Origin: Octopus vulgaris
Lineage: Eukaryota
Assembly: GCA_951406725.2 (NCBI GenBank)
Contig: OX597815.1
Coordinates: 167,214,001-167,278,000, forward strand
Length of the DNA stretch: 64,000 bases
Direction of reading: 5' to 3'
The position numbers were made by a program, and so were the translations under genes. This document shows positions 41,499-57,695 of the stretch, piece by piece (positions within the stretch are counted from its first letter, which is position 1; every line of letters begins with the position of its first letter). The notes under the pieces are model-generated. The model did not search any database. It worked only from the letters and a program-made list of their open reading frames with translations, and was not told the DNA's origin.

Positions 41499-41649
41499 CA
41501 CATATACATACGTGTGTGTATTATGTATGTATGCATGCATGTATGTATGTTTTTGTGTGTATCTCTCTCTCTCTCTCTCTCTCTTTATATATATGGGGAA
41601 ATACTTCACTGTATATATATATATATATATATATATATCTATCTATCTA

Positions 41650-41684
<35 letters not shown>

Positions 41685-42416
41685 TGAAGTATTTCCCCAT
41701 TGTACCATTCTCATTAATTGTGTCATTTACCCGACTAAAATTCTCTACTGAATTATCTTCAATGCTTGCAAACACCCTCTTATTTTTCCACGCATGCATG
41801 CAGCATAAGCAAAAGGAAATGCTTCACACTGGAATGGAAAAAATGTAAGCTTGTCACAAGCGTACCGTTTATTGTGCAATATGCACTTTCACTCAAGCAT
41901 TATATATAATAAGCTACTAAAGAAACTTTAAGAAGATATATTACAATTTCCTTTAGTTTTGTTTCAAATTAAATATAAAAATATGTGACACATGAACCAT
42001 TTCGCCCACCAATTATGTTTAACTTCAGCGAAAAACTGATGCTATGTTAGATAATAGAACAGTATGATGCAAACCGAAATAGTGAAAACATATGTGAATT
42101 GATAATGCTACTGATTAATCTATATTGTATTAGGTGTTTCCTGAAATGTCAGCGGAATTATAATTTTCTACATGTTTATATTTCGAATACATTTTTGTCT
42201 AAAACTAAATCAAATATGTTCAATATTATAGTCTTACATAAAGTATTCCATGCTTTCAAAGAATTTTATTAAAATGCAGTCATTTTCTTCTATAATTTCA
42301 CATGTCAACAAACTTTTTAGTTTCTCAGAATTATATGTATGCTTCATAGATACAGAGATACACACAGACACACATACACATATACATATATATACATATA
42401 TACATACATATATGTG

Positions 42417-42703
42417 GAGGCGCAATGACCCAATGGTTAGGGCAGCGGACTCGCGGTTGTAGGATCGCGGCTTCGATTCCCAGACCGGGCGTTGTGAGTG
42501 TTTATTGAGCGAAAACACCTAAAGTTCCACGCGGCTCCGGCAGGGGGTGGTGGCGAACCCTGCTGTACTCTTTCACCACAACTTTCTTCTGTTGGCCTGC
42601 TCGCTTAGCTAGCGGAGTGGCGTCATTTGAAGGCTAAAACAATGCGAAGCGCATTGTGACCAGCGATGTGTATCAACATCTGATAGCCTGGTCGGGCATG
42701 GTG
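42417..42703 (+). mobile_element. SINE family B
   Basis: Colinear with 40842-41145. Confidence 0.9.
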
Positions 42704-43119
42704 ACATACATATATATGCATGTATATACGTATATATTTATATATAGATATGCATGCAAATATGTATGTGTATATGTATGTATGTTGATTGCTCGTGGAT
42801 ACAAACATAAGGATACAAACGACTGCGGCTGTCGTATACTTTCTTATGAGAGGTTGTGTATCTAAGTGGTAGATTGGCTGGGTTTTAACTCTTGGCATTT
42901 GCACCGAATCGCTGCGTTCTGAGTTCACATGTCACCGATGTCAAATCACCTTCTATTCATTTGGGATTGATAAAAGATAAGCACTGAACTTCCCTAATGC
43001 ATTTTCTATAATCTTAAAAAAACTTCAAGCAAATGCATAAAACTTAAACATTATATAAAATCTGCAGAATTGTAAACCGAAATTGAACACGCATCTTCTT
43101 TTATATTGCTAGATTCATT

Positions 43120-43350
43120 GTCTTTTACTTGTTTCAGTCATTATATGTCGGCCATGCTGGAACATCACTTTTAAAGGTTTAGTCGAATAAACCGATCCTA
43201 GTACATCTTTTTTCTTAATATTTACGGTTTAATCTGTCGCTTTGTTTTTGCAGAACCGGTATGTTGGGGAACAAACACACACACACACGCACGCACACAC
43301 ACACACACACAAACAAACAATCACACACACATGCACGTATATGTGTGTGT

Positions 43351-43402
<52 letters not shown>

Positions 43403-43585
43403 AAACATATATATAGAGACATACGACGGCGGACTTATTCAGTTTCCGTCTAACAAATACACTCACAATGCTTGGGGAGAGCCCGGGTCTTTAGTAGAAG
43501 ACACTCGGCCATAGATCCACGCAGTGGGACTGAACTCGCAACTACGTGTTTGGGAAGCAAATTTCTTACCACAAAACGATGCCTA
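43120..43585 (-). mobile_element. SINE family C, old copy
   Basis: cttttacttgtttcagtcatt...ggccatgctgg...cagtttccgtct...cacgcagtgggactgaac...ttcttaccac. Confidence 0.8.
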
Positions 43586-44566
43586 TGTTTATTTTATTGG
43601 AATATTTGATCATTTATTAAACCTAATTATTTACTAGCCTTTTACGAAGTAAAAGGAAAGCTAATGTAAATAATGATATCTCAAACAGCCAACGAAGGAG
43701 TTTTTCCTTGGTCTCTCAACCTGCTAGAAATTACAGCTAAATATACCTGAACCACAGGGAGTGACTTTTTGAAACAATCGTACATTAAATAACTTAGTCT
43801 ACGAAGTCTACGATAATGTACACAACGCATGAAAAAGAAAGAAAGACATGTCTTTGATAAGAAGTGTGATCGATCAGATTGTTTGAACTAAAGATAAACA
43901 GCAGCCACAACAACAAAACCTTTTCAGCCAATGTACGCGTGGATATTTGAGATTTAAACCTATATTCCCATGCCACGTTGGAATAATTTCATTCCACGTA
44001 AACTATGAATAACTACACGGAAGGACACAAATGCTGCTTTTTCCCCAATCTCCTGAACAATAAAATAAAATCCTTGTAACTGTAACTAAATAGTTTTCAG
44101 TATATCTGAAACACTTTGAAGTAACCAGTTCTGTACTTCATTTGTGTATATGTCTAAGGAAAACGTATAATTAATCTAATTGCTAACCAATTTATCGACA
44201 CAAACTTAGAAGAGATGTCAATGAGAAGATTATTTCAATTTTATGCATTTCTCAACAGAATTACCGGGGTAATCAAAAGGGATTTAACTGGATATTGAAA
44301 CCTGGTTGCTAACTTATCCCGATAAGAGTTTAACCTGTACTCAGCAGAGCTTGCCACAACCAGTATTATAGAAAAATTATGAACTGTAAAATGTGTATCG
44401 CTGCTTTACTTTTTTCTGCTTCGATTCCGACAAAGAAAGAAACAGTGTGTATAACTGGACATCGTAATTATATCAGGTATTATAGTGGTTAAGTAGTAAA
44501 TGTTGATAATTTATGTTATAATCTGGATGAATGGACATCAGTCGTAGAAGGATTTGAATGGGAATT

Positions 44567-44629
<63 letters not shown>

Positions 44630-44994
44630 ATGAAGGGATCACAGTAAATGTGTTTATAGTATGAAATATAGTGGTGATACGGGTTCTGGTATCAGTTAAA
44701 CAGTTATGAATGAGTGTACGATCGCTTTTTTATGGTTTGGGACATGAATGAATCTGGACTGATGTATCATTGTTAATGGTAGTGATGTGTATGTTTAGAG
44801 TGGTTGTATTGTTGGTAGTACTAGTTGCTGTTCATAGCTTTGCGTTGATAGTGGCGGTTGTAGTACAGGCAGTTGTGATTGATAGGATATTGGCGGGCAA
44901 TGTTGATGGAGGAAATGTTTTTATTAACGTTCGATTTATTAGTGATTTCATAACAAGAATATAAAAGATGATAACAACAATAATAATTATTATT

Positions 44995-45599
44995 ATTTCT
45001 ATTACAGGAACAAGGCCTGAAATTTCGCTGGGTGGGAGATTAGTCGATATCTTCAACTCCAGTGCGAAACTGATACTTATTTCATCGACGCGAGAAGGAT
45101 GAAGTACAAAGCGGACCTTGGTGGATACTTGAACTTAGAAGGTAAATAAAGATGAGCGAATGCCGCGAAACATAAAAATATAAAAGATAAAACAACAAGA
45201 CCTGACATTTGAGATGAAGGTATTAGTCGCTTAAATTGACAGGGATGCCTGACTGAAATTTTGAGGAGAGAACTAATTAATTACATCGACCTCAGAGCTC
45301 AACTGGTACCTTATGTCTCGACCCCGAAAGGGATGGAAGTCAATGTCAACCTCAGTAACATTTGAACTCGGAACGTAAAGAGCGGGAGGAAATGATGCTA
45401 AGCATTCTGCCTGGACCGATAAAGATTTTTGCCAGATAGAATAACAATATTGCTTTCTTACTAGGGACACAAAGCTTGAAATTTGAGGGAGGGAGGAAGC
45501 TAGTATTTAACATCGACCCCTGTGATCGAGAGGTACTTATTTTGTTGACCCTGAAACGATGAAATGCAAAGTATTTGAACTCAGAATAATTCTAACAAT

Positions 45600-45652
<53 letters not shown>

Positions 45653-45817
45653 GGTCATGTGCTGTTTATCTTGATATGAGATCACCATGTCGCGCATATA
45701 TTGTTGTGATGCATGTGCCTAGTGTACCCTTATTAGACGGGTAGTCATGATGGGTATACTGGGCTTTGTATATTTTACCCCAGTGTCACTTTGATGGCGT
45801 GCAATGCACTCTCACTC

Positions 45818-45871
<54 letters not shown>

Positions 45872-46055
45872 TAATAAAAATTATCATAATTATAATTATA
45901 ATAATCTTTTCTGCTAAAGGTACAAGGCCTGAAATTTTGTAGGGAAGGGAGTAGTCGATGATATTGATCGCAGTGTTTTACTGCTACTTAATTTATCGAC
46001 CTCAAAAAGATGAAAGGCAAAGTCGACCTCAGCGGAATTTGAACTCAGAACACGT
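44995..46055 (-). mobile_element. Cluster of four decayed family-A-related SINEs around a (TAA)n-embedded fragment (45652-45817, +)
   Basis: Repeated acaaggcctgaaattt..ggg..agtcgat..gtactt..ttt.atcgacc..aaggatgaaaggcaaagtcgacctc blocks. Confidence 0.7.
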
Positions 46056-46064
46056 AATGAATCG

Positions 46065-46114
<50 letters not shown>

Positions 46115-46667
46115 GGAGAAAGAATAACAACAACGACTATATTAGCTATTAGCTATGGTGATAATGGCGGGCATGGTGATTTGATTTGCGGGGGCGTTAA
46201 TAATGGCGGCGATGCGGATACAAGGGGAGGGTAGATATAAAGGTGATGGTCATGCAGAAAAAAAAGTGTCTGGCTGCATATGCAGCGCCGGAAGTAGATA
46301 ATACCAACAGTTTTTATCAATCAAACCCAAGATACAATGTAGAGTAGTTGTATTCAGGAAGTGTGTCCATGATTTCATTATTCAACTCTCCTTTTTATTC
46401 TTTCCGCTATGATAACCCTACTCTCCATTTTCACCATCCCTCCTCTAACTCTCTGAACTGTTCTCCTTTTTCTTTTTTTTTCGCCTCTAACGCTCATCTC
46501 TCACTCACCCTTTCATGTCCAATGTTTGCTTGAATGTATGTATGTGTATATACATCTACGCATGCATGTACGTATGCATGTATGTATGCATATGTATATG
46601 TGTGAACATATTTGTATGTATACATGTATACATATATATAGATATAATACATATATACATATATACA

Positions 46668-46722
<55 letters not shown>

Positions 46723-46970
46723 ATATATATATATATATGATATATATATATATATGAATATATATGTATATATATTTTCAGTACCTCAATTTGATTTTTC
46801 GTTCCAAGCAGGAATTTTAGCAACAAATATATATACATGTGCATGTGCACGCTCGTGTGTGTGTGTGCATGTGCGTGTGTTTATATATATATATATATAT
46901 ATGTTTCCTCCATTCATCTTTTTCTATTTCCAGTTACTTTTTCTCACGCACTCGCACACGCTCACACACG

Positions 46971-47041
<71 letters not shown>

Positions 47042-47279
47042 CAAGCATATATCCTGTTAAAAAGTAAGAATGAAGCAACACGCAACAGTTTTATCCGAAC
47101 ATTTTATTGCAGGTGTCAGTGAGTAACACCTGACCGAATTCTCGAATTCGGACAGCCGTACAAAAACCACTGCTCATAATACTACTAATGATTATGATGC
47201 GGAAGAGGCGGTGGACTGGGAGGAGAAGGATGAGGATAAGGATGAAATGATGACGAGAATAATAACAATAATAATAATG

Positions 47280-47319
<40 letters not shown>

Positions 47320-48130
47320 TAATAATAATAATAATAATTCTCTTATTGGTAATATTAAAAATATTTATAACTGATCCTTGCTATTATCACAACAGTTGCC
47401 GTTGTTGTTTTTGTTGTCGTTATCCTCCTCATCAGTGTCCATCTAGTTTTGATCGTGTGGCTGTTGTTGTTGTTGTTACTGTTGCTGTTGTTGTTGCTGA
47501 TAGAACATACACTCTTTTTTTTTGTTTTTGTAACTGGCTTCGTCATTGAAGGATATATAAATTACACTCGACTGATTCTCTTCTACAGAAGCCATCGTGC
47601 TTCTCTCCCCCTACATACGCCACCCCCTCGTATCTTTTCCTCCTCTACTACACCGCCTTCCTGCCAACTACTGCTTGTTCTGAACTGATCAGCGCTGTTT
47701 CCGTAATCCGGTTATGTAGCCGGTCAGTCAACTTCTGAGTGAGGTGGTTTTAATGATACAATAAAGCAAAGTAAGAACTGGAAACCCTTTTGTATATTAT
47801 GATTAAGGGCCATATACTTCCATATGGCGCGTTTTATCAACAAAAGTCTACCGGATTTTGTCTGAGTACTTATTTTATGGTTCATTCGGGTTCAAATTCA
47901 CATATATATTCATTCAGCTATACACACACACACACACATACACACACAAATACATAAACAAAAATTATACTTACACACACAGACACACACACATGAGTGA
48001 ATCTGTGTCTCAATTCAAATATATATGTGCATATATATATTTGTGTGTATATGTGTGTGCAGGCGTATCTATCTGTCTATCTATATATGTGTGTGTGCGT
48101 GTGTGTGTGTGTGCGTGTATCCTTGTGTGA

Positions 48131-48179
<49 letters not shown>

Positions 48180-49260
48180 GATATGCATATGCATATGTCT
48201 ATATCATGTATATGATATGTGTATATATTTATATATATATCAATAACATACATATATTTGTATATAAATACATACACACATATATTCTAATATATATACA
48301 AATAAATAAATATATATATACACATATATCCATATATCCATATATCCATATATACATATATATACACACAAATATATATGTATGTATATACACATATATA
48401 TATGTATGCATATACTATACATACATAAATACAAGCATACATTCATATATACATACATACATATACACATGTACAGGCACACACAACCATATATTTGTAT
48501 GAATATATGTTTTTATAAAAATCTTTTGTTAGTTAGTGTGGTTGTTTATATACGAATATCTGCATGTGAAGAGAATAAGCGTGTGTGCAAAGGCGTGTGA
48601 AATACATATTTTATTACTTCATTCTAAAGTCGCATTGAATAGATTTTAAACTGAAAGAGAAGGAAAGTAACACAGTGAAACAGAGAGGGAGAGAGAGAGA
48701 GAGAAAGAGAGAAACAGACATACAGTGAAAGAGAGAGCGAAATAGAGAAAAAGGAAGGGTTTTCAAAGAAGAAAAGGGAGAGATTGAAGGAAAGAGTGAG
48801 AGATTTATATATTAATGCTTAATGATGTGTTCAGATTAGTGATGGTAAAACGATCGTCAAATGAAGAGAAATTCGTGAGTACGAACCTAAAAGCGTGGAA
48901 ACAAAGCCTTTTAGCTCTTCTCTGGCAAACATCCTGTCAGAAATTATATGACATTAGACATTAGACATTATATCCTCCTTCCCAGACACATTAACATTAG
49001 GCTTATGTTCGCTTTCTTTTAAAAAAGAATAAATCCCCTTATAATAATGAAGTCCCTATTGAATGAAGCTGTCTATACATTTTTTTTTTATTTTACTCAG
49101 AGACACGCAAACAGATAGACAGACAGACAGACATGCATACATAACCATGAACACACGAATAGCCCTCAGCTGAATGCGGTCATGTATGCATGCCCAGAAA
49201 CACAAGCAAGCGCAAGAGAAAAAAAGGGAATGAAAGCGAGATAGAGTTTGTGAGTGTGTG

Positions 49261-49314
<54 letters not shown>

Positions 49315-49677
49315 TGTGCTACAAAATATATGCGTTGATGCATATATACAAACGTGCAGACATTTGAGTGGTGCTAAGGACAGGCGTTGCAGGAAATGAT
49401 CGTGCTCCCAAACCCTATTTCAATAACCAAGCAACGTCCCGACATTAAGGTAAGGTCTGACTTCATACGAAAAGAAAAAAAAAAGGTGAAGAAGAAATAC
49501 ACAAACCGTGATTGTTGAAAGCTAAAATGGAGTGTTCACATTGTAGGAAAAGCCTAAGATATACATAAAAGAGATCTTTGGGAATCATGTGGGACACAAT
49601 GGTGCTAATCTCAAATAGAATCAAGGTGCTGTAGGTTATACCGAAATCCACATGAGTTTTTGTTTTCTTCCTTCTCA

Positions 49678-49963
49678 AGCCATGCCTAGTTCATAAGGGC
49701 CGGTATCCCGGTTTCCTTGGCGTATAGGTTCCCCACCTGGACGGCACGCCAGACCGTCGCAGTTGAGCTGCAAGATGCAGGAGGAAAGGGTGAGAGAAAG
49801 TTGTGGCGAAAGAGTCAGCAGAATTTCGTCATTACCTAATGCCAGAGCCGCGTGGAGCTTAGGTGTTTCGCTCATAAACACACACATCACCTGGTCTGAG
49901 ATTCGAACCTGTGATCTCTCGACCGCGAGTCCGCTACTCTAACCACTAGGCTATGTGCCTCCA
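49678..49963 (-). mobile_element. SINE family B'
   Basis: Colinear with 20935-21228. Confidence 0.9.
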
Positions 49964-50454
49964 CAGATCCACATGAGTGCCAGGTGTTGGCTCAAGACTA
50001 TTGAAACAGAATAATGTCAAAAAGTTAGTGATATATTAATTGAACTGGCTGGCAAGAATGCGTTATATGTGCAAATTAGTCTACCCAGCTTATGTATATC
50101 TCTTAATAATGACGAGATTAAAATTATTGTTTTCTGAAACAGTTAGCGTAAGGTATTGAGTCGCTCATAAAATAGTACCGGGTGGCTAAAACTAACTCCA
50201 ATAATTTTTCACCTTTTCTCCCCACAAAACATTTCTGTAAGGACAATGTGTTTATGTCAGTCTACTCCATATAGCATTAATTAAAAATCTATAGCTATAT
50301 CAGGTATAAATATTTTAGTACAATACACGCACACATATATATATATATATAATATATATACACACATACATATACATAAATATATTATATATATATATAC
50401 ATATGTATGTTTGTGTGTTTGCGCGTGTGTGTCTGTGTGTGTGTTCTGGTTCTC

Positions 50455-50720
50455 AGTCGGTTATGACGGCAAGACTTACAGGTGATAGGTCAACGGAACA
50501 GCCTGCTCGTGAAATTAATATGCAAGTGGCTGAGCTCTCAACAGACATGCGAACCCTTAACATCTTTCCCTGGGAGATTCAATGTAACACAAGAGAGTGA
50601 ACAACTAACTTTTGTCGGCTGAGCTGACGAAGCAACGAGAAGTAAAGTATCTTTATCAGGGAAACAAAGCGTCACCGGGAATCGAATTCCCGCCATTGCG
50701 ATTGTTAGCCGAAAACCATA
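50455..50720 (-). mobile_element. SINE family D, decayed
   Basis: caacggaacagcctgctcgtgaaattaa..tgcaagtggctgagc...accgggaatcgaa. Confidence 0.7.
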
Positions 50721-50904
50721 ATTCTCACATGCAGTGATGATTCGTAATCTTTCTAAAATAATGAATGTGTGTATATATATATATATATATATATGCGAGC
50801 AAAACGCCCCCCCCCTCCAATGGACGGTGCTGAGTTGTCAAACATTTAAATCAAATTTTCTCAAAACAACTTGTCCGACCGACCCATAGGCCTCTCCTTT
50901 GAGA

Positions 50905-51855
<951 letters not shown>

Positions 51856-51932
51856 ATATATTTACATATGTATATATAAGAATATATATTATGTATACAT
51901 GTATATATGTACACGTGTGTTTGTGTGTGTGT

Positions 51933-51987
<55 letters not shown>

Positions 51988-52310
51988 ATAAATAAATTAC
52001 TTACCCGTCTGCATTAATGGAAAATACAAAAAAAAATCGTTAAAAGTAAGGCAGACATGTAAATTATTTATTTCTAGATATGATAATATAAACTATTTGC
52101 ATGTTTTTTAGTTACGAAACAATTTGTAGTGCAGCTAGGATTTTTCTCACTATTAAATTAAAAGTTCATCATGTAAATATATGACGTTAGACACTCCTTA
52201 TACTGTTCTCTTGTATATTACTATATATTATATAAGGTATTTACAATGATTAATTAAGAAACTTCCTTTATGAGGACTATCGGATTATTTGAATCGACAT
52301 ATTGTAACAG

Positions 52311-52439
<129 letters not shown>

Positions 52440-52944
52440 TTCAAGAACAACCGTCCTTCAGCAGTACACCGCAGTTCATCTAATATATTTTGAGTATTTA
52501 TATAGATATATATTATCCATATTAATATTTGAAAAGCTTATGAATAATACTGCGTTTTATTCATAATTTTGTCAGAGAAAAGTATGTTTAATAAAGCAAA
52601 GCAATAGTCATTCCGAATGTTTTAAAAATTTACACTGTAGTTAATTTTTAAGGTTTTAACGGCAAGTAAATTTGTAATAATTTCATTTCATCTCCAGTAA
52701 ATCAGGAATCTAAAAAGATTGAAGACTGTCGCTCTGGAAATTTCAGCATGACTACAAAACAATGACCTAAAATAATAATATATTAAACGGGGGAAAAAAG
52801 AAAATATAGTGTGATCTAAATGTATATATACTTCTCCGGTGCAATGAAAATGCTAGTCTATTGTAATGGTGACCTGTATATATAAATGTATATACTTATT
52901 TGTGCGTGTATGTATACATATTGAATCGAGACAAATAACTTATA

Positions 52945-52981
<37 letters not shown>

Positions 52982-53034
52982 CAAACAGACAGAAAAATAG
53001 ATAAATAGATAGGTAGGTAGATAGACAGACAGAC

Positions 53035-53107
<73 letters not shown>

Positions 53108-53466
53108 CATGCATATTTACGTACATATATCCATGCATATATATATGTAGATAAATGTGTGTGCGTATACATATATATACATAGTTATATATATATACAT
53201 GCATGTCATTCATCAATCGATATATTTACGTATATATATAAAAATACGTATATATGTAAACAAATATATATATATATATGATTGTGTATTTCTGTGTTCA
53301 CACTAGTTCGTGCGCACATATATAGATTGTGCAATATGTGTAAGTGTTTGAGTTTGTGACTATCTGCCTTTGATAGTTATGGAATTATTTACATTGAATT
53401 CTCACTAAAAATTTACTTCTATTATGGCATTTACAATGAAAGTAAAAGGAAATACTCTTACAGTCA

Positions 53467-53504
<38 letters not shown>

Positions 53505-53768
53505 GTTCATTCTGTTGTCTTCGTATACAAATATAACCACATACGTATACATCTATGTTATCTTGTCTGTTTCCAAAGTATATAACTGTATCAACCCCGC
53601 CATCTCTTAATATTTTTATTCTTAACTATTTTTGGAAATACGCGAATCCAAGCCTTCTTAATTTAATTTGTTGTATTTCCTTGGAGTCATTACCCGGTCT
53701 CTTGTTCATGTACTCATCATTCTTTCTTTTTATACGCATGCGCGCACACACAGTATATGCACACACAC

Positions 53769-53982
53769 ATGATGGAGGGCTGAAAACGTCCTCGCTTAAA
53801 GGGCATTGTGAAAGACCTGGCTGGATGCCCAACCTTCCGAGTGTTTTTGCAGGGCATAGGGCTACTGAAGGACCGCTGCAATAAGTGTGTGTATATGAGA
53901 GGGAAATATGTTGAATAAAATCATAACTTTTTGCTCCTGTTTTTCCTTTTACTCAAAGCCAGGACCTTTCAGCACTCTCTCG
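53769..53982 (-). mobile_element. Mariner-type MITE (copy of 22085-22296)
   Basis: tatgttgaataaaatcataac...cttttactcaaa...tttcagcactctctcg|TA. Confidence 0.75.
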
Positions 53983-54020
<38 letters not shown>

Positions 54021-54070
54021 TACACACACACATAGCACACACACAAACACACACGCACAAACACACACAC

Positions 54071-55817
54071 ATGACAAAAATCAGAAGACTAATCAAGGAA
54101 TTCCAAGATTCCTTCACAGACAAGGGGAAATATTATATATGCAACTCTGTAATCAAAGAGAGCAAATTCTACGGATTACCCAAAATCCACAAAAGCTCCG
54201 AAATACAAAGTGCCCTAAATAAGCAGAAGAGCCAGTACGTAAAAATTCTAAAGCCTGCTGACCTCAAACTAAGACCAATAGTTGCTGGATCTCAAGCGCC
54301 AACACAACAACTAAGTCAATGTTTTAGATTTACTCCTAAAATCTTTGTACCCTTTACTACCCAGTTACGTACGGGATGGCATAGATTTCATCTAACACAT
54401 CCCTCCTACTGTCGCAGAAGGTACTATACTCGCAAGTTTTTATGTCACCAATCTCTATACTAATATACCTCCCACTTTAGGCTTAGAAGCAATCAAACAC
54501 TGGGTAGAGAAACATAGAGAACGGATAAATGGACGCTTCAAGACTGACTTCATCACCAAGGCCACACATCTAGTACTAGAGGAAAATACCTTTAGATTCA
54601 ACAATAAAACATATCGACAATTAACGGGCATGGCCATGGGTACGCGATTTGCACCCTCATATGCAAATCTTACTTGGAAGAAAAACTTTATGAGGAAGCA
54701 GAAAAAGCTTTTGATCAGGAATACAAGAAATATATCTTTAAAAAGTAGAAACGCTTCCTTGATAATTGCTTCATCTTCTGAGACAAATCGAATGAAGATC
54801 TGAATATATTTAACAATATACTGAACACACATCACCCATCCATCAAATTCACGACAGAATCCAGTTGCAATGAATTACCATTCCTGGACATCCACATAAA
54901 AATTCAGAACTCCACAGTCACAACAGACATATTTTACAAAAAATTGACATACACCAATATCTAAATTTCTACTCTTGCCATCTATCACACATCAAAAGAA
55001 ACATCCCATACAGCAAGGCAAGATGCATCTGTGCTATAGTAACTGACCCCAAAATACATGAAATCCGACTCAACGAACTCAAAGGCTTTCTCACAATGTA
55101 GAAATATTCCTTAGGGTTAATTAATGAGGGAATTAAAAAGGTGTTGAAATTGAACATCACCCAACTACGGACACCTAAGGAAAAGTTAATGAAACCACGA
55201 TTCCGTTCATTAACACACACAGTCCTGTATTAACCAACATCTTGCAGGCCATAAAATCGAACTTACCTATACTCCTACCAAGCCCCAAAATGAAAGCTCT
55301 GAATGCAAAAAACAGCCCACCTTATGGAATAGCAGACGTCAACCAAAAAAATCTTTAAAAAATACCTCACAAGGGCAGAATTCAAATCAAAGAATGAATC
55401 AAAATTCTTAGTAAAAGAATGTGGGTATAGGAGATGTGGAACATGCAACAATATCAACAACTTCAAATACTTGGAAATTGGTTTCCACGTAAATTTCATG
55501 AGCGGAACCTTTTTCAAAATAAATGCAGATATGAACTGCAAAACGCAAAACCTCATATACAGCATTACCTGCCCAAACTGCAGAGAAAATTATATTGGCG
55601 AAACAAATAATTCCCTCTGCCAACGTGCCAGAATCCACAGGCAACATATCCGTCAAGAAGAATTGCGCAAGATTCTTTTAAGCAAGCATCTGGAAATATG
55701 CGGCGACGGAAAATTCAAAATTTTCCCTTTTACAAATGTGCACGGAACGATCCGCAATACCGAAAAGCAATGGAACTAGATTTCATAAAAAAATTCTCTC
55801 CAAAGTTAAATGTTTGA
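54071..55817 (+). pseudogene. Penelope-like retroelement RT + GIY-YIG endonuclease (Neptune-like), frameshifted
   Basis: FYGLPKIHK, LRPIVAG, LYTNIP, YRQLTGMAMGTRFAPSYANL, RFLDNCF (RYxDD position), LPFLDI, CGYRRCGTC linker, NLIYSITCPNCRENYIGET..R..H; several frameshifts and stops. Confidence 0.92.
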
Positions 55818-56155
55818 AAGAAAAGCAGAGACAGTTTTGTAAGTGTTATACTAATGTCCTCTAACGCAAGATCATGGAATTGAAAGAGGCGTGTACGAAA
55901 TTACACGGTATAAACATGGACATATTCCCAACCACACACTCACACATACACACACACAGAAACATGCACACACACGCACGCACGCACGCACACACGTCAT
56001 CAAGGAATCTTCCCTAAAATTGAATGTTTGAAGGTAAAGTGGAGAATTTGAATTCTTTATTCCAAACGTGGCTCATCTCTACAAATGTTCAGACATACCT
56101 ATGTGCAGCATTGGGTTATTCTAGCTTTACGTATATATATATATATATATATATA

Positions 56156-56196
<41 letters not shown>

Positions 56197-56504
56197 GTAA
56201 ATATATATATATTGGATATTTACCCTCCGGCTGCACCTCTCCTACATAGGGATCACTGTGGTGGACTCTACTCTTGATGAGAAATCCTTGCAATACACTA
56301 CAGCGTAAAAAAACCTCTGAACTTTACGTAAAACTGTTATTATTTTCATTACTTTAATTTTATACTTTCTAAACATTCCTGTATTTTCTGGTCTTTATTT
56401 CCCCTACTTTCCCTCTCATGTGTGACCCTTCTGTCCGAGTCAGTCGCCATGATAGATCGTTAGCCACTAAACACATTTTTTCTCTCCTTGTTTTTTCTGT
56501 GTCC

Positions 56505-56540
56505 CTTTCTGAAGAAGAGCGTAGCCTCGAAACGTAAAAT
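56505..56540 (+). ncRNA. Minimal Penelope-type hammerhead within a pLTR-like repeat (~56460-56620)
   Basis: cttt-CTGAAGA-a-gag-cgtagc-ctc-GAAA-cg-TA-aaat. Confidence 0.7.
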
Positions 56541-57059
56541 ACTTTTTCTATTCCTGAGCGTTACACTAATAAATGTGTTTGTTTTGTACACCACCTGTCT
56601 TCGTAAACTCTCCCTATATTCGTTTTATTTTATTTACTGATTGATTTTTCAAATTGTTAATTTGCAAATATACTAATGAATTTTCATGCAGAACTACACT
56701 TTATCAAAAAATTCCCTGCAAAAATGAATGTTTGGAAGGGATATATTCTAAATATAACTCAAAGAGGAGAAAAAGAAAGGAGGAACAAGGAAGGAAAAAG
56801 GAAAGAAAAAAGAAAGAAGGGGAAAAAGAGGGATAGAAAGAAAGGAAAAAGACTTTCTGTGATGACCAGATCACACCTGTTTGTTATTTTTATTTTATAG
56901 TTTTATTTTTTTTTAAGAGGTCACCATCCTTAAATTCATTCCACTACAATGGTAAAAGAAAAATAAATAAATGGTGAATAGGAAGGTGGATACCCCTTCT
57001 CTCTCTCTCTCTCTCTACCCTCTACCTATCTGTCTATCTGTCTGACTATCTATCTATCC

Positions 57060-57150
<91 letters not shown>

Positions 57151-57437
57151 AGCCTAGCTACCTACCTATATTTCTATCTATCTATCTCTATTGTCTTTGA
57201 ACCTCACCCAAAGAAACAAAAACAATGTTCTCTTCTAAACAACCCCCCCCCCACCAAAAAAAAAAACCCATCAGTTTTATATAAATGAACAAGCTGTGTG
57301 TACATTCACAAAATTGTATTTGACAAGTTCTAGACAGGAACGAAAGTGCTAATCATAATGAAGAAATAAAAAGATTTTTTCCCAAGATTTCGACGACTGT
57401 TTTTTCTCACTATTCAATTCTGTACATCATACCTAAC

Positions 57438-57598
57438 TCTAGCCACTACACATTCTTTATTTTCTCTGCCCGTTTCTTTCTGTGGAAGAGCGTAGGCTTG
57501 AAACGTTAAAGTCTTTTTCACTTCCTGAGCGTTAAACTAATACATCTGTTTGTTGTCTACACCATCGGTCTTCGTCTTTTGTTTATTTTTTTAAATTC
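57438..57598 (+). mobile_element. pLTR-like repeat with HHR variant (57476-57511)
   Basis: cttt-CTGTGGA-agagcgtaggctt-GAAA-cg-TT-aaag; colinear with 56460-56620. Confidence 0.7.
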
Positions 57599-57663
57599 AA
57601 ACACATAAAACACAAAACAAAAGAAAAGGATTCGAACAATTATGAAACGCATTCTGCAAATGT

Positions 57664-57695
<32 letters not shown>

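Noticed and set aside
49360-49455. AG...AAG|GTAAGG candidate exon
   Set aside because: Stop codons in all three frames and a weak polypyrimidine tract
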